Origin: Paraphysomonas bandaiensis
Lineage: Eukaryota > Protista > Chrysophyceae
Length of the DNA stretch: 64,000 nucleotides
Reading direction: 5' to 3'
NCBI GenBank assembly: GCA_965644295.1
Contig: CBFFRP010000219.1
Location: 179,834 to 243,833, forward strand
The stretch's first letter is position 1; the number at the start of each line of letters is the position of its first letter. The notes below the pieces were generated by a model. It did not search any database. It was not told the origin of the DNA and worked only from the letters and a program-made list of their open reading frames with translations. Positions 12,545-24,988 of the stretch are shown here, one piece after another. The position numbers and the translations under genes were made by a program.

Positions 12545-15500
12545 CTATAATATAAGAATAGAGTCATCATCAACGGCAATGTCCCGTTGCTTCATCACTA
12601 AAGATCTAAGAACAACCTCCCAAAAGGAAGCATCTTCATCTGAATCTGCCAAAAACTGCCACACCCTTTCTGATGTGGTTAGCTGTATTTCTTTGGACTG
12701 TACCATCACATCCGTGATGCTAGTTACATCAACTTCACCTTTCAGCTTACTCTGACCATTGTCAAGTCTGGCGTAGTACCTCAACTATATCATACACAAG
12801 GGTCAATTAAATATCGTATGGGTTATAGTGGAACGGGGTACCTTCTGTTCAGAGTCTAACACAAACCATCTACGCTTAAAAGCTTTATTAAACTGTCCTC
12901 TCTTGCTCAAATATCCCTCATGGCAAATCAAAATAGTAGACACCACGCTGGAGCAATGTGACGCTAGCAACTCAAGCCAAAGCTTAGCACCAGATGTGCT
13001 CTCGTGCTCAAAGACATTTTGCGGTCGCAAGTACCAAATGGATCCACTACCATCGTGTAGTTCGATCGTATGTAGAAGAGACACAGATGGAATAACCTGA
13101 TGGAAGAGATAAATGAAGCTATGAAATTTGTGATATACTCTAAGGTACCTTGGTTACATTCCCTAATGATATTATTGCAGTAAGGTATCCCGTAACGGTG
13201 TCGTAAAGTCTCAACTCTCCACTAGATCCTTCCATATGAGAGTACACTGCAAGTCGATTCGTCCCGGCACTTGATAGGCCACTTGGTGTCGGAGTTTGTG
13301 AGTCAACTATTACCACTGTATCCCGTTCAGAGTTTATGGCTACATTACTTGCCGCTGACGCAGTTGAAGTATTGACTGCAATTGTTTTCCCTCTTTGTAG
13401 GGAAGGAGACGAGCCGGAAGGCGCGTTAGTTGAAAGAATTCCGACATACTGGCATAGCATCATGCCGCATCGAATAATTCTGCCCGCTATGTTATGATTC
13501 GGTAATTGGAAATCAAGTGCTTTTCTCCTTGCTAGATGAGGAACAGGGATCATTTCCCATTCTGCAACGCCGTCTCGCTTCTTTCTTCCACAACTCGAAA
13601 AGTGTGTCACTGACGAGAGATGCGTAGGAGGTAAAAGAGCTTCAAAACTGTCCTCAACTTGAACTGAATCGATATCCTCTGTACGCGGCTCATCAGGGCC
13701 TGGGACAACATTGCTCACCTCTCTATGAACGAGAGGGTCTGTCGCAGCTACTCTTCCAAGGGCGTTATTCTTCCTCGTTTCTTTGTCGCTGGGGGCTGAC
13801 AGATCGCTTTTCTCGGGCAATACAACAGAGTGCTTACTGGTTAGTGAGTTGAGAATCACAGAGCGTTTGGCCGTCGAAACCTGCAGAAGCAATAACAAGT
13901 ACCTCAGATTCCAACTACTTTCATGCAAGGTATACACAAACCAGCAAAGCTTTCATCCATTTCGGCAGCATTTTCATAAGGTTGTCATCGTAATTCCCAT
14001 CATAGGCATGATAAATGTCATTGCTGAAGTCGACGTGAGTCCACCAATACTGTGGAAGCCATTGTGGAATGTCTCCTGATGAGCCACTGGTAGAGCGCCA
14101 TGGTGTTGGAACCCGTCCAGACCTGATGTAACGACTCCCTGATGACTCATCGCTCAGATCCGCGACAGTATCTTCGGGTTCGCGGGATTTGCTATCTGCA
14201 GTTGTTGGTTGGGACGTTGAATTTATCCGCAAAAAGCCCATCTAATGAAATAGATGTAAAGAAAAGTACAATATGATCACGTCATGACTACTCACTAGAC
14301 TCTTTGCTCGAGACCATCTGTCAGGTGTCGAGGAAGGCTGAGTGTCAGCATCATCACCATTAGTAGAAGGCAGCATTCCAGTGCGCAGGCCTGTCCTACT
14401 GGACAAGGATTCTCCTTCTGGAAGTGGTAGGCTAGAGTATGGTGCACCGGAATGAGTGTAGGTTCGAGGTTTGAAGAATGACGGGTGGAAGGTATCTGGA
14501 GAGTGAAGTAGAAGGGAAGGGGTACCCGCAGGGGTATTCAGCCAAGCTTGCCCCGAGACTTCACACTTATACAAAATATGAGTACTAGATACAATACACA
14601 TATATACACACACATTATGCGCATCAAGATAACACCACGACTTAACAATACTCACTTCATGTGAAATGTGTAACAGGGTGGACATCAACAGGGCTCGATA
14701 CCCTGAAGCCTGAACAAAATTCGGATATATTTGAAACTTAAGGTGATTAAACAGTTGTGACTGCATATCAGTAAATACATCGGGCCCTGGAACACCTTTT
14801 ATATCATTTTCTATTTGAACCTTCATGTCCCCTGGAATTGCCACTTGCATAGGAGCTCCATCGGCGATAAATTTACTACAGAGAAACTCCGACCATTTTT
14901 TGACAGCCTCCTGATCTTCATCACTCATACTTACACCACCAGCTTCCCCAGAACGCGATACCAGTGGTTGTGGAGAGAGAGGGTGCCCTCGTCGAAAATC
15001 CTCGGCGTATTCCCAACATAGCATGGACTCTTCAGCAAAATTGGACCTTAGGAACTGTCTGAAATGCCCTCTCATATAACTGTGGAATGCTTTAACAATA
15101 GAAAAATAAACCAACTCAAGATAAACTACCTGTTACGCAATGTTCCTTCGAATGATGCACTCTCGGTAAGTATCTTGACATCCCTTTTGGTGTGCTCTGC
15201 CTCTCCACGCGCACAATACTCGTCAGCCATGAAAATCACATCGTTCTCTCCACAAAGCACGGAACGTGAACGCAATGCATCCATCCAGAGTTGCATCTCT
15301 ATTCGCGACTTGGCGCGGAAGGCGTGTGTTCCTTTACTGATCACTACGAAAGAGTGGGATGATTCGTCGAGAAAACACACAGTGGTTGAGGGGGTAAGGG
15401 GAATGCAGGAACAAATATTGGTAGTATCTGACATGCGGGTCATCCAAAGAGAATCTTCAGTTAACTCTACCGCCATCTCTCTATACGCAAAATATATTAT

Positions 15501-16088
15501 ATAAAATGTGATGATATTGCATAATGTCATTTACCTCCATGATTCTTTAACTGATTGGTACTGCAACCGCCCATGCATGAGGGATATACTACGCACCTCT
15601 CGTAACAATGTTTCTGGTACTGACTCTTGGTATACGCTCTGTATCTGAACAGGGGGCTGAATAAATTCTGTACATAAGTCAGCCTGAAGGACAGGATTCG
15701 GCTTGCTCTCTTGGTGATGAAGACTATGTGTCATGTCCCCACTATAGTTAGACTGGAATGTCTCACATCTTCTGTCACTCAAAAGCAACCGTAGGTCACC
15801 ATCGTGATACAGCGCCTCTCTTTCCAGTACATCACATACAACCTCATCAGCATGAGGACGAAGACCAATCCTCGAACTTGCAAGGAATGGCTCGTGAAAC
15901 TTGACTATAATCGAGAAAAAAGGCACATCGGACCTCGGCACTCCCACTTTATCAAGAGCACGGACCGTTAAACTACCAAATGTCTCTACCGGACTAACAC
16001 GAAAACTCTTATAGTGCCCCCCATCCTGATGCCCGATATTCAAGTATAGCTTAATAACCCTCCCGCTGGTGTCGATATCAGTCTCCAT
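12545..16088 (-). CDS. Multi-exon signalling protein: ubiquitin-like (RA/FERM-N) domain, PH, RGS, further PH domain(s)
   Basis: IKLYLNIGHQDGGHYKSFRVSPVETF (ubiquitin-like); PH end HSFVVISKGTHAFRAKSRIEMQLWMDALR; RGS RGHFRQFLRSNFAEESMLCWEYAEDFR..KFIADGAPMQVAI..FQIYPNFVQ; terminal PH HEGYLSKRGQFNKAFKRRWFVLD..WQFLADSDEDASFWEVVLR. Exon boundaries approximate. Confidence 0.8.
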
Positions 16089-16743
16089 ATATATATATAT
16101 GTATATCTCGACTGTGCGTAATGATCTGATCGAATCCAAACCACTCACAATACGCTCATCAGGCTACTCAACGCCCCAGTCGCACACAGTTCTTTAGTGA
16201 CATACAATGTGTTTGGAGTGGGAGTGAATCAATCTGTTTAACCAGCAGGTGGTATCATATATCTACACACACACATATACACACCACTCTTGTATATGTA
16301 TGTATAGATGTACTCCTGATGTGCGCATACAGGTACAGCCATATCCTATGGCGATGTGTGCAGAATATGGAGCAGTATTTATCGTACGATTACAGTGCTG
16401 GTGCAGGTACAGCAGTACGTTTGCAGTCATGAGGTACAGCAGAGTACAGCAGTACAGTTGTAGTTGTGGGAAAAATATTCAGTTAGCATCTTCGTCTGCT
16501 GCCTGTCTGTCTGCTCTGTCCGACTCGCTCATACACACCCTCCGAGCAGCTCATCACTCTCTGCAGCACAATCGCCTGTAATATTAACATAAAACAGAAG
16601 TGAACTCTCTGTATAGTTTATCGGAAAGATTTGTGGTGTGGTTAACTGTTAGAGCCCGTCCCGTTACATCGAATGTTAGGCTCTGTACAGTCGCAGTGCT
16701 AACGAACTCAGTCGATCCGATCTCTGTTTAATTATCGATCAAA

Positions 16744-17879
16744 ATGGGAAATGCATTTGGTAATAAAATCATGCTGTTTTGTTCTAATGGTTCGACACTA
16801 ACATCTCGCACAGGCGGACTCACGCCGGTTATGCAGATTGATGTTAATTTCGCGTCTGCTGGTAGTAGTTGTGCATCTACTTCGATATGTCTTATTGTTA
16901 TCATTCGTAGATGGCAAAGAGATAGAAAATGCAACTGACGACACATCATATCACGTTTTAAGTCGGATGGAATCGTGCCTACCGGAGTTGGAAGGGTACC
17001 GTGGCTGTGGAGAGACTATCAGAGGCGCACTGTCGAATCCCAGTGATGATAATCTGCAGAGAAGAGCCTTTGAGGCTGTATGCCCTAATATCGAATTAAT
17101 ATCGCGCTTTCACAATATTTCAAGTGACATAGGTAGTGTACAAGTGTTTTTTTTGCCTATGTAATAGTATTCGTAGGGTCTACTATTAGAGATTTGGCAG
17201 CAGAATTGACCACAGCAGAAATGTTCCGTCAAAAGTCAGGTGTTGCCAAACTTTTGGGAGAATTAATATTAGTTTGCTTTAAATTTGATCAAATGAAGGT
17301 ACTTATATTTTTGAATACACAGTGTGGGGCTGGGGTAATGGTGTTGGCAGATGTTGAAACCTGAGCTTCAGAACGACTTCTCTTTTTATCGCCGCGCAAT
17401 TGGATCCCGGGCGCTTGCGGGTGTAAGTAGTCAACCTATCTCCGCTGATAGTGCCAATGTGGTATCTATGTGGCTTGCACAAAATTTACCTATGACTTCT
17501 TCCATCCTGCGTGAAACGAACGCGGATGTAGTTGCAAATCTGGCGAACCTCTGCTGTGGTATGATTATTCGTGATACATGTGGGGAGGCGCTCTCTAAGG
17601 TCCTACATATTATGGTCGCCTCCACTGTGGTCTACGATAGGATATCAGCCAGTGGAGCGTTTTGTTCTCAATCAAACGTTAAGGTATGACGGGTACATTT
17701 TAGTGAAGTACCCTTTGATTGAATGGCACACATGGCAGGTGCGAAAGGTCATCAAAGCCATTGGAATGTACGGTGGAAACGATAAGGCAGTGCTAGCAAA
17801 CAGTTTGAAGTACTCCACTACTCACTTTAACGATGCATCAACGCCTGCGAACATTAGATCAGATCTAGATAAGATGTGA
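16744..17879 (+). CDS. CYRI/FAM49 family Rac1-interacting protein, multi-exon
   Basis: N-terminal MG; LEGYRGCGETIRGALSNP; FKFDQMKMLKPELQNDFSFYRR; ANVVSMWLAQNLPM; MVASTVVYDRISASGAF; LANSLKYSTTHFNDASTP. Confidence 0.88.
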
Positions 17880-18621
17880 TATGTGCATAGTGTTTCGTAT
17901 ACGAAGATGCATATGTATGTATTTTAGTGATACGGACGGGATTGTTAGTAAGATTTTGGTACAAATTAGATTGTTGACAACATAGCACTAGGAGACCTTT
18001 CAGAGAATGGAATATATCGGATGAGATAAATACCTACCTATGGAAGTAGTCGTATAGGAATAAATTAACTTAAGTGGTTTTTCTAAATCTGAATTACTTA
18101 TTACGTTTCGATTATCCAGGTCATCTTGACAAGCAGAAAACCTTGTTCCCGAAGTTTGACCAACTTTTGCCCTAATTGTCCTTTATCTTTCGTCACTATA
18201 ACTAATACTTTGTTAGGTCATGGTCATAGACAATATACTCTGCGTTGTATTGACATCGACTGTGCGTAACACAGAGCTATGGTGAACCGGAAGGTCTGTA
18301 TCTCTTTAATATTACTTACTTACTAAACTGCTGTAGGGATAATATGTTGAAAAGAATATAGAGTATTGCTCATTTGAAAGCGATTAAAAGCTGCATTTTG
18401 AGGAAGAATTATGTCCATTAGTATAAGAAACATCTATTACATGAATTAATGACACGATGTGAAAAAGGAATTATGTTAGAGAAACTATTCGATTAGATCA
18501 TGTCCATCCAAGATCTGATGATATTGGTGGTAAAGAGTAAAGAGTATATAAATTCAGAGAATGACAATTAATGAAAAGATAAATATGTTGATCATTGAGT
18601 GAGTGCAAGTTCAGTTATTTA

Positions 18622-19362
18622 AGTGGTTGCACCTCCTTGGCGCTTGCAGTGACACATAAGCAGCTTTCGTAGCGCTAAATAGTAGGGTATCAGAGTTAAG
18701 CACTAATTAGTTAAATTGTTTAACTAGTTTAAACTTCATTAGTTCTGACTCTTACATCACCGGCCCGCACGAAACCTTCAGGCCCTCGACAACGACGCCG
18801 TCTCCGGAAACTCTACCTATGCCTGAGGCCCAAGCGGTGCAATGAGACAAAACGCCACATTCCATCTCTCCTCTCAGCACACACATCTAGCACTAGGTAC
18901 ACTCAGGACCTTAATACAGAACCCCGTACCTCCACACAGCCCGATGGAATCTCATCCCAAGGGGGGATCCCCTGATCACATCCGCCAGTGAGCCCTAGGA
19001 CGCACGAGCATGGCGAAACTCACAATCAACATTAAGAACGGAAGTGGTCGCACCTTGGTGCTTGCGGCGACGCACAAGCAGCTTCTGTATTGTGCATAGA
19101 TTCTGATCACATCCGACCATCACCAAAAATTTCACCAGGTTTTACATCAAAACCCAGGTTTTGGTATTACCTCGACTTAATAGTAGGATAATAGAATTTG
19201 TGCTGATTAGTTATGGGTAGCGGTCTACATAGTATGTCTAGCATTCAACTAGCCACTACATTGCTGCAGGTTCTTAACGCCTATTGCTAAATAATAAGAC
19301 TTTCAATATATGACTCTTACACGCCTATTGCCTGTTGCTAATAATTAGACATTCACCACTAC
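18622..19362 (+). mobile_element. Nested retroposon tails: a ~554-bp 3' piece (18757-19310) inserted into an older tail copy
   Basis: 11-bp duplication tgactcttaca at 18746-18756 and 19311-19321. The insert carries the shared core agaacggaagtggtcgcaccttggtgcttgcggcgacgcacaagcagc and ends taataagactttcaata. Confidence 0.75.
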
Positions 19363-21304
19363 CATTGTCAAACGTTGATAGTGAACAAGTGAAAAAAGAG
19401 AGCTAAATGTTTTCATTCATAATATTATTATGGTTTTTTGTGATTATCATGTTTTAAACCTCTGTACAGCTTTACAACAAATTGACAAAGCACTGCCTAT
19501 AACAATGACTATCAATATAATATTATTGACACCATGGCAGTGTAATACAGATGGCAATTAAAGTAGTGCTGATATAGCATATATTGTTAACTAAACGTAA
19601 ATATATATGAATGCTTGTATTGTATTAGTTGAAATGTAAGTCAATCGCTCCCGTACATGCAGAATACGTTATTTATTATGCATGATGACGTACAGTATAC
19701 TTACTGACTTAATTATTTACAGGGTAGCAAATGTTTTGCAGTGATAATCTTTATTATTACCTATTGCGAGTTATACTTTCAGCAACTTAATACTTTATCT
19801 TCCATTTACAATGACTCTGCTTACCTGGAAAGTTTACAAATATACAGACAAAATGCAGGATTTTTATCTCTTGGAGTGATTTTCATGAATGTCTATATTC
19901 TTTATCGTCAATTGCACAACATGTATTACACACTTCGAAATTTAATCAAGTGAAACTAAACATGTATGTATACATCACAGCAATTCCTCTAGTTGGCCAG
20001 ATGACGTATAGTACACATATGAATTTGTTCGAAATGATATCAAAGTATGCTAATTTTAACCAAATGCACAAATTGTGATACTCACTAATTAGAGTAATAT
20101 TAAGCAGTGGTTTTGTGCTGTTATATTTGTATAGATATTTCATATTTGAAATCCAGACGATAACAGTCAAATTAACAAGATTTACTGAAAATGAATTACT
20201 GGTAGTAAACAGTACTGCTATTATTGTTCGATTCCGCCTTCCGCTATAACCAGTATATTGTATATTGTGACAATGACGATAACCGTTGCCTCCAGTGAAA
20301 AACATGTCATCCATTGTATGACAGCTGAGCGAAGCCTACAACTCCAAAACTACGTCAAAATTAGCACTTCAGTTTAACTTGAAAACATAAATACTTACTA
20401 AATATTTAATCAAAATAATCTATAATCGATACGTTCTATACACATACACATCTATGTGACCTACGTTCACATGGACTTTAAACCCATTTAGTAATCGATA
20501 GAGATAGGAAATATCTTCTGACTATATCGTAAAGTTTCCAATATACGTTACTCAAGTATGAGGCGCCTTGCTATACCACTTCATAAATTACTTTTTTAAA
20601 ATAGCCATTGTACTACAACACAAGGCCTGGGAAATTTGCTCCCAAGATTTACTGTCGACGCCATCAGTACTGAAGTTCTTCGAATATATCCAGCTAAATA
20701 TACGCAATAGAACAGTGAGATCTAAAGAAATGGTTACATGTTGTAATGAAAGTGACGTGCTAAGTATTTTATTGATGCCCCAGTCGGACGGGTTATTTGA
20801 TCACTTTATTAGCTAGTGCCGCCAGAACTGTCAGGACTGTAATAGATAGCTGAGGGAATTTGACCGTTTAGCCAGAAGGCCTTTTTTTCTAGAAGTCAAA
20901 TAGATGGTCGGGTAATAGAACATATACGATGAATTCTGGAATACTGATTAGCATTTGAGAGAATTCTCTATTAAATATGATCCAGTTAGAAGCTCGTATG
21001 CAGGATTTGTAAGCATCAATAGATCTAAATCCGTGGACCGGGTAGTAAGGCCTGTAGGGGGAGATGAAGTCTTATTCTAATCAGTGGAAAAGGAATCACA
21101 AATTCACTCGAATGAAAAGTGGTGAGTACTGAATCTGGGATCACTAACTTCAATCAGGAATCAGTATGATGGTGCTCGAATATCATGCAGCTATGTCGCT
21201 CCAAGCTACGTACCGTATATGCACTCTATGCTGCCCGTATGTAGCTGTATTGTCTGAAATCTTTTTCCGTTTTTTGCAGAGGTGAAAAATTATGCACAAC
21301 TCTG

Positions 21305-21475
21305 GGGGTGGTTGTGCATATCGATTTCATCGATTTGTTCATCATTTATTTCATTGAAAAGTCATCGATTTTTCATTAAAAAGTCACTTTTTTTCACTTT
21401 TCACTGAAAAATCGATGACTTTTCAATGAAATAAACGATGAACAAATCGATGAAATCGATATGCACAACCACCCC
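21305..21475. mobile_element. PIF/Harbinger-like MITE (171 bp)
   Basis: ~70-bp near-perfect terminal inverted repeat ggggtggttgtgcatatcgatttcatcgatttgttcatc.., flanked by a 3-bp CTG duplication (21302-21304, 21476-21478). Confidence 0.8.
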
Positions 21476-21733
21476 CTGTTCAGAATACACTGTATTAGGA
21501 TTTTTATAACCCCTTTCCACCAATGAATACAGAATAATTGGAGGACTGAAGTCTTCAGTTTACGGTCCTGCGCCCTTATAAGATACTCACCAATAAAAAA
21601 GCAACACGACTGCTGTCGAAAACCATCTCGAACAAAGAAAGATGACCATTGAATGACACTGCGCCACGTTTCAATTCGTCGACCGGACTAGAGAGAGTTT
21701 ACTCCTCAGCTGAATCTGCATTATCTGTAAATC

Positions 21734-22628
21734 ATGTTTTTGTTCGACTGGTGGTACAATGTTCTTGCAGCCCTTGGTAATAAATGAGTGGTCATCTATG
21801 AGTTGGTTTAATTTGTAATATTATTGCAGGCCTTTATCACAAGAGTGCCAAGATACTCTTCCTAGGTCTGGATAATGCTGGAAAGACCACATTACTTCAC
21901 ATGCTAAAAGAAGGGAGAGTTGCTATTCACAATCCCACACTTCACCCCAGTATGAATTCAAACGTGATCGATTAATATCAACTTACGTAATTATTATAAT
22001 TTCAGATCAAGACGAGTTAATCATTGGAAAAATTAGATTCAAGACCTTTGACCTTGGGGGGCATGAAATTGGTAAATTATTATATGAAATTCTCATGGGT
22101 GGTAAAATATTCGTTGTTTTTACACAGCACGCAAACTCTGGCGCGATTACTTTGCCGCTGGTGTTGACGGCGTAGTGTTTATAGTTGATGCAGTGGATCG
22201 TGACCGCTTCCCTGAAGCAAAGCGCGAATTGGATGTAATAGTTTCATTTATTTTGAGACTGTTTTTGACGTGGATTAATTAGGCACTGCTCACCTCGGAG
22301 GAGCTTGCAAACGTTCCCTTTCTTATATTAGGAAATAAGATCGACCTCGGCCGGGCGGCCTCAGAGGAAGATCTCAGATATCAATTGGGACTGTTTGAGA
22401 CATACGGAAAGGAGGTTAGTGCAAAAAAAAAATCATGTATCGTGTAATAATTACTGCTGTCTGTAGACAAAAGGAGAAAGGGACGCCAATGTGCGGCCGA
22501 TTGAGCTATATATGTGCTCTGTTGTCAGAAAAATGGGATATGGTGACGGTATGTTGTTTCTAATATTGGTGAACCCATACTAACTACGTGTTATTGTAGG
22601 ATTTAAATGGCTGGCTCAGTTTCTCTAA
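21734..22628 (+). CDS. SAR1: Small GTPase Sar1 (7 exons, missed by the ORF track)
   Basis: [97 protein letters not shown], with six GT-AG introns. Confidence 0.96.
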
Positions 22629-22886
22629 CACCAGCAACCACTTAATCCTTCTTCGTGTTTCTCTAGACTTGCCGATAGACATTCTCGGAAGCCTATTACG
22701 ACTTCAACAACCTCTGAACGATGTGTGTTGTATTCTGTGCATCGCTTAGTATAGCTAGACATTAATCAGAAAAGAATTGCTCATAATAATACTCATTTTC
22801 TCCGAATTTATCTACTTTGCTTGTTGTAATAGCGTTGTATCGAGTATCGATCGACTAAACTCATTTGTACAATGAGGTCTATATAC

Positions 22887-23605
22887 TAGGGCTAGGAAAC
22901 AATATATTGCAATACTATTGCTAGAGAGCGTTCCATCGATAGTATTGATGGAGATTTTAAGCAGGCCCAACAATACAATTACAATATATTGCAATATATT
23001 AGTATGACTAATCAGTAAGTAAACACATCCGTAGATTTCATTTTTAGTGTTAGTCATTAAGATCACATGACAACCAAACCAACTGCTGCTTATAGCTACT
23101 AAAAATCCACCTCGTCCTCATCCTCTGAGCCATCATCGGTGACGTCAATATCACCATAGCCGGCCATAACTGTCGAATAGCTTTCATAAACAACAGCATA
23201 TTAAGTAGGATGGATACTTTTGCGCAACACTGATATAATATGCTTAGCTGTGCTGAACAGACGTTCCCATGTATTGGATGTACACACCAGGGCCTGGCAA
23301 CCGTTAATGACTCGTGGATCTGTACGTTTCTTAATTTTTTGAGCTGACTGAAGATTTTTAGTCGCATAGTCAACATCAGCTTCATCATCCTTTGTAATGT
23401 TGTAATCAATTTCTTGGCTATTTATATCCCTCTTGCACCCTACAGTTGAGAATCTACTCTTCTATGACTATCGTAATATTGATTGCAATATATTGTGAGC
23501 TACTTTAACAGAAACAATATTGATGGGGTTTTTGGCCGGTGACCAATCAATATATTGTACAGTGAATTGCAATTCAATATATTGTTTTCAATATATATAT
23601 GTTGT
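22887..23605. mobile_element. Eroded copy of the cagggatagggaac hAT-like MITE family (see 54642-55446)
   Basis: Begins tagggctaggaaacaatatattgcaatactattg. Shares agtatgactaatcagtaagtaaacacatccgtag, catcctctgagccatcatcggtgac and atgactatc.taatattgattgcaatatattg with the 54.6-kb copy. Contains an end of the other hAT family at ~23288. Confidence 0.7.
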
Positions 23606-23875
23606 TATGAAGATAATAATGCGCAAGTAAATTGACATCATTTGGGTTACTGCGAGCAAAAAAGTATGCGACAAGACAATATCACGCACTACGCACATAG
23701 GTGCGATCAGATAAACAATTATCACATTATCACCTTACAAACAGCCATACTGAATGTCAGGGCTGCGTAACAATTGATTGCAATTTAATTGCCAATTGTT
23801 GTGAATTGTAACTAGTTCATGAAAGTTATTATTCTTTGAGGCCAGGGGACGTTGGTGGTTAGTAGCTGTTATAAA

Positions 23876-23961
23876 CCCTCAACAATGTCGGACTCGCACC
23901 TTTTCGTGGTGTTCTGGGGGATAAGTACCGGAGTTATTTCTCTGGGAAACTATCGTGAGCC
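23876..23961 (+). ncRNA. Putative HDV-like self-cleaving ribozyme (Pr77/ingi type)
   Basis: P1 ccctcaac / gtt[ct]ggggg; P2 ctcgc (23893-97) / gtgag (23955-59); P3 acc / ggt around L3 ttttcgt; AGTA..GAA motif flanking P4 ccggag / ctctgg; J4/2 C23950-tatc (ctaac in the 1866 copy). Confidence 0.65.
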
Positions 23962-24384
23962 GCAAACATAGTCAGCAGATAATGCTCTGCCCACTCATAG
24001 CCAAATGCTTGTGTGGTTCAAGGGACACCAATAAGTGTCTCTTGTGTAGACGTCTTTGGGCCCTGACGAATAAACAGGTATCCGGAAATGGGGCCACCTC
24101 AAGGGCATCCGGGACAGGACCCACCTGAAGGGTAACCGGGGTATTGGGCTGCCTGCTGAAGTCAAGCATCCGGGATGTTCACCTTAAGGACTCAGAACGG
24201 AAGTGGTTGCACCTTGGTGCTTGCGGCGACGCACAAGCAGCTTTCGTAGCGTTAAATAGTAGGATAATAGCGTCTGTTCTGATCAGTTACAGGTAGAAGT
24301 CTAACTAGGTTGACTAGCATTCATCTAGCTACTAAGTTGGTGCAGATTCTTAACGCCTATTGCTAAATAATAAGACATTCAATA
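23876..24384 (+). mobile_element. Full-length 509-bp non-autonomous non-LTR retroposon (RIME/NARTc-like organisation)
   Basis: 13-bp target-site duplication tagctgttataaa (23863-23875, 24385-24397). The defined 5' end ccctcaac is shared with other copies, the 3' end aacgcctattgctaaataataagacattcaata is conserved, and no TE-like ORF is present. Confidence 0.88.
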
Positions 24385-24917
24385 TAGCTGTTATAAATTA
24401 TAAGTATTAAGCTATACTATGCACTGCATTGACTAAAGGATTAATCATTAGCATCATTCAAAATTCAAAGGAAAGTCTTTCATTTTTTTACACTTAAAAA
24501 TTATTTATTATTTTAAGACATTATACATATATCTTTCTATTTCTTATTTTAAAGATTTTATATATTTTATATTCTACGACTGTATCATAAAATAAATGCT
24601 AATGAAGAATCCAATTTACTATCAACATCTGTAATATCCTGTTTAGTATCTATATTATTATGTAATGTAATTACTTGACATTTCGAATATCTGCTACATC
24701 TGTATCATTACTTGTTATTTGACTTGTAAGTTTGCTACACTATTCTGTGCTGTAATATCTTGAGCTTGCAATGTTGTAATATTATATTGCAAGTTCGGAA
24801 TGTTGTTTGAAAAATTACAACTATATCTTGGAGAGCTTCTAGTTAAAATTTTTATTCAAAGAATATTTCCAAATCTGTAGATATCATTATTAAGAGAACA
24901 CTATTAAGCATTATATT

Positions 24918-24988
24918 GAAGGTCTTTTTATTTAGCAATAGGCGTTAAAAACTCGTTCCGATATAGTGGCTAGTTGAATGATAGATCT
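24918..24988 (-). mobile_element. Short 5'-truncated retroposon tail insertion
   Basis: Reverse complement of the family tail, flanked by the duplication actattaagcattatatt (24900-24917, 24989-25006). Nearly identical to 38051-38118. Confidence 0.8.

Noticed and set aside
19946-21200. Short ORFs that might be a decayed gene
   Set aside because: No motif or splice pattern I can support.
23885-23900. Reverse B-box-like ggtgcgagtcc suggesting a tRNA-derived SINE head
   Set aside because: Wrong orientation relative to the tail, no A box or cloverleaf, and better explained as ribozyme P2/P3.
24058-24100. Possible hammerhead ribozyme (CTGACGA..GAAA)
   Set aside because: The bases between the two core motifs do not form stem II, and stems I and III cannot be built.
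24217-24240. Resemblance of the bulged GNRA hairpin to group II intron domain V
   Set aside because: No AGC triad, the stem is too short, and no other intron domains are present.
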